This document shows, piece by piece, positions 8,931 to 18,791 of a DNA stretch of 44,816 bases (the stretch's first letter is position 1; each line of letters opens with the position of its first letter). Both the position numbers and the translations under genes were made by a program. Origin of the DNA: Porphyromonadaceae bacterium (lineage in GTDB: Bacteria; Bacteroidota; Bacteroidia; Bacteroidales; CAMTPD01). The stretch is taken from assembly GCA_003447595.1 (NCBI GenBank), contig DLYT01000148.1, positions 40,028-84,843 on the forward strand, written 5' to 3'. The notes beneath the pieces are model-generated. The model was not told where the DNA came from. It saw only the letters and a list, made by a program, of their open reading frames with translations, and searched no databases.

Positions 8931-10205
8931 ATGAAACGATATACAAGTCCGGTTAAGGAAGATTGGAGCGAGATCATAAAACGTCCGCTCCAAGATACAA
9001 CCACACTGTTTGATCTTGTTCAAAACATTTTGATCGATATCAAACTCAAAGGCGATAGTGCCGTGCAGGAATATTCGCAAAAGTTTGACGGAGTAGCGCC
9101 GACGAATGTCTTGGTTACAGACGATGAAATACGCGAAGCAAACCTCTTGGTTACGGATCAATTGAAGGATGCCATTTATGCAGCCAAAGCCAATATTGAA
9201 AAGTTTCACGCGGCACAACGCTTCGAAGAGATCAAAGTGCAAACATCACCGGGCGTAATCTGTTGGCAAAAAGCAGTGGCAATCGAGAAGGTTGGTTTAT
9301 ATATTCCGGGAGGATCGGCTCCGTTGTTTTCGACCGTGTTGATGCTTGCTGTGCCAGCAATGCTTGCCGGATGCAAAGAGATTGTATTGTGTACTCCGCC
9401 CAATAAAAAAGGAAAGATTCATCCTGCAATCTTGTTCGCCGCTACGGTAGCCGGTGTAGATAAAATCTATAAAATTGGCGGCGTACAAGCGATCGGAGCA
9501 ATGGCTTATGGTACGGCTACTGTTCCGAAGGTGTATAAAATCTTCGGGCCGGGCAATCAGTATGTAACAGCGGCCAAGCAATTGGTTAGCTTACATGGTA
9601 CGGCAATCGATATGCCGGCAGGCCCATCCGAAGTATTGGTCATCGCTGACGAAACGGCAAATCCTCAATTTGTAGCGGCCGATTTGTTATCGCAAGCCGA
9701 GCATGGTGGCGATAGTCAGTCGGTGCTTGTTGCAACATCTCAGCAGGTACTAGACAATGTGGCAAAAGCAATCGAAGAGCAGCTTGCCGTATTGCCTCGT
9801 ATGGAGATTGCAAAGAAGGCTTTGAAAGGAAGCTTTATGATTTCGTTTCCGACGAAAGAGGAGATTGTTGAGTTTACAAACTACTACGCTCCCGAACACC
9901 TTATTATTCAGACGAAAGATTATTATACCTATGCCGAACATATCGTGAATGCCGGATCTGTATTCCTAGGGGCGTTTACCCCCGAGAGTGCCGGCGATTA
10001 TGCTTCGGGTACGAATCATACATTACCAACCAACGGTACGGCGCGAGCTTACAGTGGTGTCAACCTTGATAGTTATGTGAAGAAAATTACGTTTCAGGAA
10101 ATAACGCAAGAGGGTTTGAATCACATCGGTCCTACCATTGAGTTGATGGCTCAGGAAGAACAGCTGGGCGCACACAAACACGCAGTAACCATAAGATTGA
10201 AATAA
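8931..10205 (+). CDS. hisD: Histidinol dehydrogenase
   Basis: 424-aa ORF with conserved GGVQAIGAMAYGT, PAGPSEV, QAEHG and the YASGTNHTLPT motif. Confidence 0.95.
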   Translation: MKRYTSPVKEDWSEIIKRPLQDTTTLFDLVQNILIDIKLKGDSAVQEYSQKFDGVAPTNVLVTDDEIREANLLVTDQLKDAIYAAKANIEKFHAAQRFEEIKVQTSPGVICWQKAVAIEKVGLYIPGGSAPLFSTVLMLAVPAMLAGCKEIVLCTPPNKKGKIHPAILFAATVAGVDKIYKIGGVQAIGAMAYGTATVPKVYKIFGPGNQYVTAAKQLVSLHGTAIDMPAGPSEVLVIADETANPQFVAADLLSQAEHGGDSQSVLVATSQQVLDNVAKAIEEQLAVLPRMEIAKKALKGSFMISFPTKEEIVEFTNYYAPEHLIIQTKDYYTYAEHIVNAGSVFLGAFTPESAGDYASGTNHTLPTNGTARAYSGVNLDSYVKKITFQEITQEGLNHIGPTIELMAQEEQLGAHKHAVTIRLK

Positions 10206-10207
10206 CT

Positions 10208-11242
10208 ATGAATATTCTACAACTTGTACGAGCAAATATTCTTGCCCTTAAACCTTATTCGTCGGCAAGAAATGAGTATTGTGGCGATGCATCTATCTTT
10301 TTAGATGCGAACGAAAGTCCGAACAATGCACCTTATAACCGATACCCAGATCCTTTGCAGATTGAATTAAAAGAAAAAATTGCTCGCCTGAAAGGTGTAG
10401 ATAAGTCAAATATTCTGTTGGGAAATGGCAGCGACGAACCAATCGATTTGTTGATACGCGCTTTTTGTGAGCCGGGTATTGACAACATCGTGGCCATAGA
10501 TCCGTCGTACGGGATGTATGAAGTTGCGGCAAATATCAATAATGTAATGTATCGTAAAGTACTCTTGAACGACGATTTCGATATTGAGTCGGCAAAGATT
10601 CTTGCAGCAACAGATCGTCATACCAAACTGATTTTCCTTTGTTCGCCCAATAATCCTACCGGCAATAGTTTGAATGAAGAGGAAATTTTTAAAGTACTCG
10701 ATGCATTTGAAGGTATTGTTGTGGTGGATGAGGCTTATATAGATTTTTCCGAAAAGAATGGCTTCTTGAGTCTACTTGCAAACTATGAGAATTTGGTGGT
10801 GTTGCAAACGTTCTCGAAGGCATGGGCTAGTGCCGGAGTACGATTGGGTATGGCTTTTGCTTCCGAACAGCTGATTTCTATCTTGAACAAGATTAAGTAT
10901 CCTTACAATATCAATGCTCTTACGCAAGAATATGCCATGAAAATAACCGATTTCGAAGGTGTGGTATTGCAGTGGGTAGACGAGACAAGAGCAGAGCGTA
11001 AGCGTATTTCGGAAGAATTAGCAACCATGAAAGGTGTAAAACGCATATATCCTTCAGATGCAAACTTCTTATTGATACGAGTAGATGACGCAAATGATGT
11101 TTATGAAAAATTGGTAAACGAAGGTGTAATTGTTCGTAACAGAAATAATGTATCTTTGTGTAGTGGTTGTTTGCGGATCACAATTGGCTCAAAGCCTGAA
11201 AATGACGTGCTTTTAGATACACTTAAAGATATATTGGGATGA
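10208..11242 (+). CDS. hisC: Histidinol-phosphate aminotransferase
   Basis: 344-aa class-II aminotransferase with NPNNPTG-like (SPNNPTGN), VVVDEAY and the TFSKAW PLP-lysine motif. It follows hisD by 2 nt. Confidence 0.95.
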   Translation: MNILQLVRANILALKPYSSARNEYCGDASIFLDANESPNNAPYNRYPDPLQIELKEKIARLKGVDKSNILLGNGSDEPIDLLIRAFCEPGIDNIVAIDPSYGMYEVAANINNVMYRKVLLNDDFDIESAKILAATDRHTKLIFLCSPNNPTGNSLNEEEIFKVLDAFEGIVVVDEAYIDFSEKNGFLSLLANYENLVVLQTFSKAWASAGVRLGMAFASEQLISILNKIKYPYNINALTQEYAMKITDFEGVVLQWVDETRAERKRISEELATMKGVKRIYPSDANFLLIRVDDANDVYEKLVNEGVIVRNRNNVSLCSGCLRITIGSKPENDVLLDTLKDILG

Positions 11243-12369
11243 AACAGTTGCTATTTATCGACAGAGATGGTACTATAATAACAGAACCGCCGGTCGACTT
11301 TCAGGTCGATAGCCTCGAGAAGTTGCAGTTTTATCCTAAAGCAATACGCAATCTTTATTTTATCTCACAGAAGTTACCCTACGAATTTGTGATGGTCACG
11401 AATCAAGACGGACTGGGAACGGCATCGTTTCCGGAAACAGATTTCTGGCCTGCACAAAACAAGATGCTTGAAACGCTGGCAGGAGAGGGGATTCGTTTTG
11501 CCGATATTCATATCGACAGATCACTCCCGGAGGAGAATTCTCCCAATAGAAAGCCGCGTACGGGTATGTTGACCCAATACTTTTCGGACGAATACGATTT
11601 GGCTCATTCGTATGTAATTGGTGATCGATTTACCGATGTAGAATTGGCTTATAATCTTGGATGCAAGGCAATTTGGCTTACAACGCCCAATTCTGAAAAA
11701 TATAAAATGCTCGAACAACGCAACCTTTTGTCCACTTGTGTGCTTATTACAGAAGACTGGGATAAAGTAAGCGAATTCCTATTTGCCGGTGAACGTAAAG
11801 CTTCGGTGCGTCGTACTACTTCCGAAACGGATATTTACGTAGAGATGGATCTCGATGGTACCGGAAAAAGCAACGTTTCTACGGGGATTGGTTTTTTTGA
11901 TCACATGCTTGATCAAATTGCGAAGCATGCCGGAATTAATCTTACGGTCAATGTAAAAGGAGACTTATACGTTGATGAACATCATACGATCGAAGATACC
12001 GGTATTGCCCTGGGAGAGGTTTTGTATAAAGCGTTGGGTAATAAGCGCGGAATTGAGCGTTATGGATATGTGCTACCAATGGACGAATGTTTGTGTACGG
12101 TAGCGCTAGACTTTGGCGGAAGGGCATGGCTTGTATGGGATGCTTCATTCAAACGAGAAAAGATCGGCGATATGCCTACTGAGATGTTTATGCATTTCTT
12201 TAAGTCATTTAGTGACGCGGCTAGAATGAATCTGTTTATTCGAGCCGAAGGAGAGAACGAACATCATAAGATCGAAGGTATTTTCAAAGCACTGGCCAGA
12301 GCAATTAAATCTGCAATCAAGCGTGATATTTTCAAGTATGAATTACCTAGTACAAAAGGAGTTTTATAA
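11239..12369 (+). CDS. hisB: Bifunctional histidinol-phosphatase / imidazoleglycerol-phosphate dehydratase
   Basis: 376-aa ORF. The N-terminal half is a HAD phosphatase ([14 protein letters not shown]). The C-terminal half is IGPD ([26 protein letters not shown]). An ATGA overlap joins it to hisC. Confidence 0.95.
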   Translation: MKQLLFIDRDGTIITEPPVDFQVDSLEKLQFYPKAIRNLYFISQKLPYEFVMVTNQDGLGTASFPETDFWPAQNKMLETLAGEGIRFADIHIDRSLPEENSPNRKPRTGMLTQYFSDEYDLAHSYVIGDRFTDVELAYNLGCKAIWLTTPNSEKYKMLEQRNLLSTCVLITEDWDKVSEFLFAGERKASVRRTTSETDIYVEMDLDGTGKSNVSTGIGFFDHMLDQIAKHAGINLTVNVKGDLYVDEHHTIEDTGIALGEVLYKALGNKRGIERYGYVLPMDECLCTVALDFGGRAWLVWDASFKREKIGDMPTEMFMHFFKSFSDAARMNLFIRAEGENEHHKIEGIFKALARAIKSAIKRDIFKYELPSTKGVL

Positions 12370-12375
12370 AAATCA

Positions 12376-12768
12376 ATGAAAAAAGCAGTCGTTTTATTAT
12401 TATCGATGGTATGCCTGATGAGCTGTAATGCTTTTATGGATACCGACGGAAAATTGGCCGGAAAGTGGCAATTAAGAAGTGTTGAGTCAGATCTTGTTTC
12501 TATACCAGTAGACACAGTATACTACAACTTTCAAAATGCATTGTTTATGTATCAGGTGCGCTTGCCCGATGGACAAATGCCGTTGTCATATGGCTATAAA
12601 ACTGTAGTCGGTGATGATGAATTACTGCTCGAATTACTTGATAAAAGCTTCGTAGATACATATACCAATTGGGGAGATACTGCTAAGGTTTTTACAATTA
12701 AAAAATTAGACTCGAAGCAGTTGGTTCTCGAAAGTGAGAAAATTATTTATAACTTTCGTAAGTTTTGA
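12376..12768 (+). CDS. Lipocalin-like domain-containing lipoprotein
   Basis: 130-aa ORF with a lipobox (LMSCNA) and the GKWQL motif common to Bacteroidota lipocalin-like (PF13648-type) proteins. The assignment is from recalled motifs only. Confidence 0.6.
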   Translation: MKKAVVLLLSMVCLMSCNAFMDTDGKLAGKWQLRSVESDLVSIPVDTVYYNFQNALFMYQVRLPDGQMPLSYGYKTVVGDDELLLELLDKSFVDTYTNWGDTAKVFTIKKLDSKQLVLESEKIIYNFRKF

Positions 12769-12778
12769 TAATTAATCA

Positions 12779-12808
12779 TTTGCAGCATTTAATTTATTTA
12801 TATATTTG
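12779..12808 (+). promoter_or_regulatory. Candidate promoter for the SPOR-domain gene
   Basis: TTTG at 12779-12782 and TATATTTG at 12801-12808 are spaced 18 nt apart, about 65 nt upstream of the ATG at 12874. Confidence 0.3.
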
Positions 12809-12873
12809 CATTCATTAATAAAGGTAGACTCTGCAAGGAGTTTACAGAAGTCAATACACTAAATAGCATACAA

Positions 12874-13344
12874 ATGAATAAGATTTGGTTATTTGGAGCA
12901 GCAATGTGTTTAGTACTCGGCATGGGCTCATGTAAGCCAAAACAAAGTGCTTACAAAGCGGCTTACGAGAAAGCTAAGGAAAAAGAAGTTGAAGAAATGA
13001 TTGAAGTGGAAGAGGTTGAAGAAGAGCCAGTAGTAGTGGCTAAACCTAAAACTTCAAATGCAACTGTGCAAAAAGAAAAAGTAACTCCTGTATTTGGAGA
13101 AGAACTTAAACAATTTAGCGTAGTTGTAGGTAGCTTTATGAACAAAACAAATGCATTGTCGTTAAAACAACGCATGGAAGATGCAGGCTACAACGTAGTA
13201 ATCGCACAAAACGAGAAAGGTATGTATCGTGTTATTGTTGCTACTTTCGACAACAAGGCTGATGCTGCTGAAGCTCGTGATCAAGTCAAACGTAAATTTG
13301 CTCCCAACTTCAACGATGCTTGGATTCTTGAGAGACAATACTAA
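12874..13344 (+). CDS. SPOR domain-containing lipoprotein
   Basis: 156-aa ORF with a lipobox (LGMGSCK) and an acidic low-complexity linker. The C-terminal ~75 aa match the SPOR pattern (FSVVVGSF...A..L...G......YRV.V..F....A). Confidence 0.75.
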   Translation: MNKIWLFGAAMCLVLGMGSCKPKQSAYKAAYEKAKEKEVEEMIEVEEVEEEPVVVAKPKTSNATVQKEKVTPVFGEELKQFSVVVGSFMNKTNALSLKQRMEDAGYNVVIAQNEKGMYRVIVATFDNKADAAEARDQVKRKFAPNFNDAWILERQY

Positions 13345-13371
13345 TTTATTGTAGCGCGAAAGATACTACCG

Positions 13372-13410
13372 GAGGGTATTCTGTTTAAAACGGAATATCC
13401 TCTTTTGTGT
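13372..13410 (+). terminator. Rho-independent terminator after the SPOR gene
   Basis: GAGGGTATTC (13372-13381) pairs with GAATATCCTC (13393-13402, one G-U) and is followed by TTTTGTGTTTT. Confidence 0.6.
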
Positions 13411-13433
13411 TTTAAGAAGAAAGATTTATAACA

Positions 13434-14447
13434 ATGAGAATAGAAGAAAACTTTTCACTAATAAATTACAATACTTTCGGGCTTGATGTTTCGGCTGCGT
13501 GGTTTGTAGAGTACACAACCGAAGAGGAGTTGATGAGGATCCTGAATGATGAATTCTTTATTGAGCAAACTAAACTGCACATAGGGAAAGGTAGCAATCT
13601 TCTTTTTCTCGATAATTATGAAGGTATTATACTTCACTCGGCCATAGCGGGGATTGAAGTGAAAGCGGAGACTGATACAGATGTAACGCTTCGTGTTGGT
13701 GCCGGTGTTGATTGGGATGACCTGGTAGCGTATGCAGTAGAACATAACTGGTGGGGAATCGAAAACCTGTCTCTTATTCCCGGAGAAACCGGTTCGGCTG
13801 CTTTGCAAAACATTGGTGCATACGGCTGTGAAGTCAAAGATGTAATTGTAGAGGTTGAGGCGTTATCGACCAAAGATAAACAAAAGCATATCTTTTCGAA
13901 TGAGGCTTGTGATTATGCCTATCGCTCGAGCAAGTTTAAAAAAGAAGAGCAAGGTAAATACATCATTACGTACGTAACAATCAAACTAAGCAAGGTTGCA
14001 CATCCGCAATTGGGCTATGGAGCACTGGAACGTACCATGCAGACTTACGATGGTATTACCTTGGCAAATATAAGAGATGCCGTGATCTCGATTAGAAATA
14101 GTAAGCTTCCCGATCCGAAGGTACAGGGGAATGCCGGTAGCTTTTTTATGAATCCTACGGTAGATAAAGCGAAATTCCTTAAATTACAAGCGCAGTATCC
14201 AGAAATGCCTTACTACGAGGTTTCGGACGATCGCTATAAGATTCCTGCTGCATGGCTTATCGATACCTGCGAATTGAAAGGTGTACGTATCGGAAATGCG
14301 GCTGTACACATTGATCAGCCATTGGTGTTGATAAATCTTGGTGGTGCTACCGGTACAGAAATAGCTTTGCTTGCTGAGGCGGTACGATCTACCGTGAATG
14401 AAAAGTTTGAGATTATGCTCGAACCGGAAGTGAACTACATCGGGTAA
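13434..14447 (+). CDS. murB: UDP-N-acetylenolpyruvoylglucosamine reductase
   Basis: 337-aa ORF with an N-terminal FAD-binding region (NTFGL, GKGSNLLF, IPGETGSAALQNIGAYG) and the C-terminal MurB domain (GNAGSFFMNP, IPAAWLID). Confidence 0.93.
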   Translation: MRIEENFSLINYNTFGLDVSAAWFVEYTTEEELMRILNDEFFIEQTKLHIGKGSNLLFLDNYEGIILHSAIAGIEVKAETDTDVTLRVGAGVDWDDLVAYAVEHNWWGIENLSLIPGETGSAALQNIGAYGCEVKDVIVEVEALSTKDKQKHIFSNEACDYAYRSSKFKKEEQGKYIITYVTIKLSKVAHPQLGYGALERTMQTYDGITLANIRDAVISIRNSKLPDPKVQGNAGSFFMNPTVDKAKFLKLQAQYPEMPYYEVSDDRYKIPAAWLIDTCELKGVRIGNAAVHIDQPLVLINLGGATGTEIALLAEAVRSTVNEKFEIMLEPEVNYIG

Positions 14448-14518
14448 GGACAGGTTTGATGGTGCTTCAAGGCTTGCTGCTCGTCATATACGGTTAATTA
14501 GAATGCTAGAATAGGATT

Positions 14519-15277
14519 ATGAAAATAACATTTTTAGGAACAGGTACCTCAACCGGTAATCCTGAGATAGGGTGTTGCTGTGAAGTGTGTACTTCGACCG
14601 ATCGTAAAGATCATCGTTTGCGTGCTTCGGTACTTCTGGAAACAGCTCTAGGCTCACGTATCTTGATTGATTGTGGACCCGACTTTCGTTTTCAGATGTT
14701 GCGTTCGCAAACATTCGATCTCAATGCAGTACTTCTTACGCATGAGCATTATGATCATGTAGGAGGGTTAGACGATTTGAGACCGTTTAGTAAAGATAGG
14801 GCTATACCGGTGTATGCCGAAAGATATGTGACAGAGGAATTGCATAAACGGATGCCTTATGCTTTTGTCGAACACAAGTATCCGGGAATTCCTCGTCTCG
14901 ATTTGTTGCCGCAAGCATTGCAGCCTTTTAACGTAGAAGATGTTTGTGTTACGCCGATACGACTGATGCATCATAAGTTGCCTATATTCGGATATCGAAT
15001 TGGGGACTTTGCTTATCTGACCGACCTTAAAACGATTCCCGATTCGGAATATGAAAAGTTGGAAGGTCTCGATGTGTTGGTGATTAATGCCCTGCGCATG
15101 CAAGAGCATATCTCTCACCAATCCATTAATCAGGCTTTATCGCAGATTGAACGAATAGCACCTAAGCGAGCTTACCTTACACACATGAGTCATCATTTTG
15201 GGTTGCATGAGGAGATGCAGAAACAAATGCCAGCTAATGTGTATATAGCTTATGATACTTTACAATTAGATATTTAA
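14519..15277 (+). CDS. MBL-fold metallo-hydrolase (PhnP-like)
   Basis: 252-aa ORF with GTGTS at the N-terminus and the THEHYDH metal-binding motif. Confidence 0.85.
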   Translation: MKITFLGTGTSTGNPEIGCCCEVCTSTDRKDHRLRASVLLETALGSRILIDCGPDFRFQMLRSQTFDLNAVLLTHEHYDHVGGLDDLRPFSKDRAIPVYAERYVTEELHKRMPYAFVEHKYPGIPRLDLLPQALQPFNVEDVCVTPIRLMHHKLPIFGYRIGDFAYLTDLKTIPDSEYEKLEGLDVLVINALRMQEHISHQSINQALSQIERIAPKRAYLTHMSHHFGLHEEMQKQMPANVYIAYDTLQLDI

Positions 15278-15284
15278 TAAAAAA

Positions 15285-15316
15285 GGGAAGGTTCTCAACG
15301 AATCTTCCCTTTTTTT
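15285..15316 (+). terminator. Rho-independent terminator, possibly bidirectional
   Basis: GGGAAG (15285-15290) pairs with CTTCCC (15304-15309). An A-run lies upstream and a T7 run lies downstream. Confidence 0.6.
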
Positions 15317-15451
15317 GAAACCATTTTAATAAGTAAGATCTAGTCTTGGCGTTGGTTTCTTTAGTGTTTCTAAATCCAATAGAATAAAAGCAGTAAGTTT
15401 GATTGTTGACCTATATCAACAATGATATATAGAGGTTTTAAGGTGTGTATG

Positions 15452-15979
15452 CTAGGCAGTATAATGCTTAACATCAAAGTTTGTCGTGGCAATTATATCT
15501 AAATCCGGTGTTTCCTCCGGATGTTGTTCGTTATAATTGATCACTTTCTCAAGAACTCCTTCATTGGTGTATACTAAATACAAATAATGAGGATGTCCTT
15601 GAATTTCTTTTTCTACTTCAATACAGAATTTTGTATGAAGGTTGTGATATCTGACCATCTCTATATCTTCGATATGCCAGTATTTATATTTGCTGTTGTT
15701 CATGTTTTGTAAAACGGGCTGAGGTAATGAGTCGGTTGTTATTTCTATTTGAGTCATATACCAATATCCCTTTTTATCGAACCAAGCTTCTGTTTCCCTG
15801 TGATTTATTTTGAAGTTGGCAACAAAATAACTTCCTTCTTTGTCCCAATCAACATATTCTACCTCAGGATACATTGCCTTGAATGTGTCAAGTACTCTCT
15901 TTCCCGGTTTTGATTCAGAAATACATGACGTAATGAGAAACAAACTTGAGAGTGTAAGAAATATGTAAAATACTTTCAT
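15452..15979 (-). CDS. PepSY-like domain-containing lipoprotein
   Basis: 175-aa ORF with a lipobox (LITSCIS) and a duplicated pattern F...YP......W.....Y.V.F......A.FD..G.W typical of the PepSY-like (putative beta-lactamase-inhibitor-like) family. It is the last gene of a response regulator / histidine kinase operon. Confidence 0.7.
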   Translation of the reverse strand: MKVFYIFLTLSSLFLITSCISESKPGKRVLDTFKAMYPEVEYVDWDKEGSYFVANFKINHRETEAWFDKKGYWYMTQIEITTDSLPQPVLQNMNNSKYKYWHIEDIEMVRYHNLHTKFCIEVEKEIQGHPHYLYLVYTNEGVLEKVINYNEQHPEETPDLDIIATTNFDVKHYTA

Positions 15980-16030
15980 AGTGATGGTCTTTCAAACCAG
16001 TGGTTTTGTTTACAATATAAGATCTGTTTT

Positions 16031-16447
16031 CTACAACTCAACTTCAATAAATCGATAGGATGAATCGAAGTCTAGTAGGATTCCGTCGGTAAGTTTTACC
16101 TCATAGCCCCAATTGAATTTACCAATGGAAACGATCTGAAGTGAAGGAAAGTTTTTGTCAGAATATGTTGCAATAGGGTTTGGAATTACTCGCTTTGGAA
16201 GGGCTTTGGTGCCTCCATCGATTTCGACCATAGTGCCATCTTTATCAAAGGCTATTGAGAATCCGTTTGTAAGAATGACGTCGTAAGTTTTAATTCCCCA
16301 AAATCCGCGAGTCGTACTTACATGTGCAATGTCGGAATGAGGAAAATTCTTTTCAATATAGTTTTGAGCTAATGAAGGAATGGTCACAGCAAAAGTGCTT
16401 TGCATGATCAATGCGCTTCCCATTGTTAGTAATACCTTGCTTTTCAT
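16031..16447 (-). CDS. PepSY-like domain-containing secreted protein
   Basis: 138-aa ORF with a signal peptide and two repeats ending in ...YDVILTNGFSIAFDKDGTMVEI and ...YEVKLTDGILLDFDSSYRFIEVE. Confidence 0.7.
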   Translation of the reverse strand: MKSKVLLTMGSALIMQSTFAVTIPSLAQNYIEKNFPHSDIAHVSTTRGFWGIKTYDVILTNGFSIAFDKDGTMVEIDGGTKALPKRVIPNPIATYSDKNFPSLQIVSIGKFNWGYEVKLTDGILLDFDSSYRFIEVEL

Positions 16448-16558
16448 AACTCTGTTGTTTTAATACATTGCAAAGGTGAGACCACAATTGGGAATAAAAT
16501 GGGAAAAATGAACAGAAATACTACAAATTTAAATCTTTAACGTTGTTTTAGAATTGGG

Positions 16559-17830
16559 CTAAAAGCTTAGAATGAACTTGTGCAAATGGTCTGCATATTG
16601 ATATTTGATCTCTACTTGATATGCGCCACAGATTGATTTAATGATAGATAGCCCTAAGCCCGTAGATTCTCTTTTTCTTTTTCCTGCAAAAGAGAAACGT
16701 TTGAAAAGCTTTTCTTCATTCAATGAAACATTATCTCCTGAATTGGCAAAAATTATTTGATGTTCATTTATTGTTATTTTAAGTAAGCCTTCGGGCTTGT
16801 TATGTACCATCGCATTCTTGATCAAATTAGTGACAAGAATTTGGGCAAGTGTTTCATCCATTTGCCAAATGATACAAGCATCCTCCTCGATATCGACTTT
16901 TATATTCTTGTGTTCATAGATCTCTTCGAGGTTCTTTGCTATTTGCTTAATAATACTGTTTACATTTATCGCAACGGTATTGTGAAACTGACCGTTTTCG
17001 ATGCGACAAAGTAGTAATAGTGTTTTATTTAGCTTCACACTGCGTTGTAAGGTTTCATGCATTTCAAACATTTCCTTCATTTGTTCTTCCGTACAATCCG
17101 GACTTTGAGCCAAGTATTCAAGCTTGTTCATGACGATAGCCAAAGGAGTCTGAAGTTCGTGAGATGCGTTTTCCAGGAATTCTTTTTGCTGCTCAAATAC
17201 TTCTTCATTTCTATTGCTCATTTGGATTACCGCCCTATTTAGAATTGTGAATTCTTCGATAGGTGTAGTTTTGGGAAGTGCTTCATTCTTTCTTCCCAAT
17301 GTATATACGTTGAGCCAGTCGAGAAGTTTATATAATGGAGCCAAACTCTTATTAAAGATGTAATAGATCGTGATTACAATGCTTAATAAAAGTACGACAT
17401 ATAAGAATGATATCTGTTTTAGAAACGTAGCAATCATATCATCTTTCTCTACCGTTGAAGTCATCACTTGTACTTCGTAAAATGAGTCATCTTTACCTTT
17501 GAAGGCTGATTTTAGCATTCGGATAGGCTCGTATTGCAAAGCTGATTCAAAGAAAATAAGCGTATCAAGGTATTGTTCTTTGTATTCGATTGCTTCCTCG
17601 CGAGGAATCTCGCGCAGCTGATATAAATTCATGATACCATTGTCGCTGAACGTATCGTTTTCGTCTGTAAGTTTACTGCGTATAATTGTTTCTTTAAATA
17701 TGCGTAAACTTTCATCCATTGCCCCGTCGATCTCGTCAATTACATAGACGAAAAAGATGCAGGCCCAGAAGGAAACAATAACGAACAAAGCAAGGGCTAT
17801 TCGTAAGATGGTATAATGAATTAATTTCAT
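16559..17830 (-). CDS. Two-component sensor histidine kinase
   Basis: 423-aa ORF with two TM helices flanking a periplasmic segment of about 115 aa, an H-box (ASHELQTPLA), and N and G boxes (NLIKNAMVHN, GLGLSI). Confidence 0.9.
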   Translation of the reverse strand: MKLIHYTILRIALALFVIVSFWACIFFVYVIDEIDGAMDESLRIFKETIIRSKLTDENDTFSDNGIMNLYQLREIPREEAIEYKEQYLDTLIFFESALQYEPIRMLKSAFKGKDDSFYEVQVMTSTVEKDDMIATFLKQISFLYVVLLLSIVITIYYIFNKSLAPLYKLLDWLNVYTLGRKNEALPKTTPIEEFTILNRAVIQMSNRNEEVFEQQKEFLENASHELQTPLAIVMNKLEYLAQSPDCTEEQMKEMFEMHETLQRSVKLNKTLLLLCRIENGQFHNTVAINVNSIIKQIAKNLEEIYEHKNIKVDIEEDACIIWQMDETLAQILVTNLIKNAMVHNKPEGLLKITINEHQIIFANSGDNVSLNEEKLFKRFSFAGKRKRESTGLGLSIIKSICGAYQVEIKYQYADHLHKFILSF

Positions 17831-17855
17831 GCTTAATTGGCGCTAGTAACGAAGT

Positions 17856-18536
17856 TTAATCTAATAATTCGAGTTTGTAACCAAAACCATAAACAGCTTT
17901 GATTTCTATTTTAGCTTCTGATGTTTTTAATTTTTTTCTCAGATTCTTTACCTGCGAATAGATAAAGTCTAGACTGTCGGCCTGGTCAATATTGTCGCCC
18001 CACACAGCCTCAGCTAAAGCTGTTTTGCTAATTGTTCTATCTGGATTGATGGCAAAGTAATAAAGAAGGTCAAACTCTTTTCGATTCAGAATAAGCTCTT
18101 CAGAGTTGATATATACACGATGTTTATCCGGATAAACAGTTACGTTTTCCAGTTCTATTTTGTTATCGCCATCACTTTGCTTTCGTCGAATTACAGATTT
18201 TACACGTGCATGCAATTCGGCAAGATGGAAAGGTTTCGGTAAGTAATCGTCTGCTCCAAGATCAAGTCCATGTACTTTGTCGTCTATAGAGTCTTTGGCC
18301 GAAACAATAATAACACTGTCTTTCTTTTTTAAGTGTTTTATTTGTTCAAGCAAATCAAGCCCGCTACCTCCCGGAAGCATGATATCTAATAGTATACAAT
18401 CATAATCGTAGTCGCTTATTTTAGCTAGACCAGATTCATAATCATCAGCGGTTTCCACAATAAAGCGATCTCTCTCTAGTGATTTCTTTATGGTTTCGCG
18501 AAGTCCGGCTTCGTCTTCAATAATTAAAATCTTCAT
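17856..18536 (-). CDS. Response regulator transcription factor (OmpR/PhoB family)
   Basis: 226-aa ORF with a receiver domain (ILIIEDE, LLDIMLPG, PKPF) and a winged-helix output domain (EFDLLYYF, YGFGYKL). Confidence 0.93.
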   Translation of the reverse strand: MKILIIEDEAGLRETIKKSLERDRFIVETADDYESGLAKISDYDYDCILLDIMLPGGSGLDLLEQIKHLKKKDSVIIVSAKDSIDDKVHGLDLGADDYLPKPFHLAELHARVKSVIRRKQSDGDNKIELENVTVYPDKHRVYINSEELILNRKEFDLLYYFAINPDRTISKTALAEAVWGDNIDQADSLDFIYSQVKNLRKKLKTSEAKIEIKAVYGFGYKLELLD

Positions 18537-18721
18537 AAAAATAATCTTCCTAATAAGACAAAACTACATATTTAATTTGAAATAAGTAGGTTGGTTTTAT
18601 GAATTTAAACAAATGACTAACTTGTTAAGCTGTATTTAGAAGATATGAACCTAGCTACTTAATCTATTTAATAATCAAACATTGTATTAAGATCGTCAAT
18701 AGACCTCATTGTCAGAATGAA

Positions 18722-18770
18722 AGAAGCTTATCAGAATAGGGATGTATTTACTCTACTCCGATAAGCTTCT
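18722..18770 (-). terminator. Possible terminator or inverted repeat downstream of the 594-aa kinase gene
   Basis: A perfect 11-bp inverted repeat, AGAAGCTTATC (18722-18732) and GATAAGCTTCT (18760-18770), has a 27-nt loop and sits 22 nt past the stop codon. There is no clear U-run, so its function is uncertain. Confidence 0.3.
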
Positions 18771-18791
18771 CAATATGAAACGTGAAAATAT

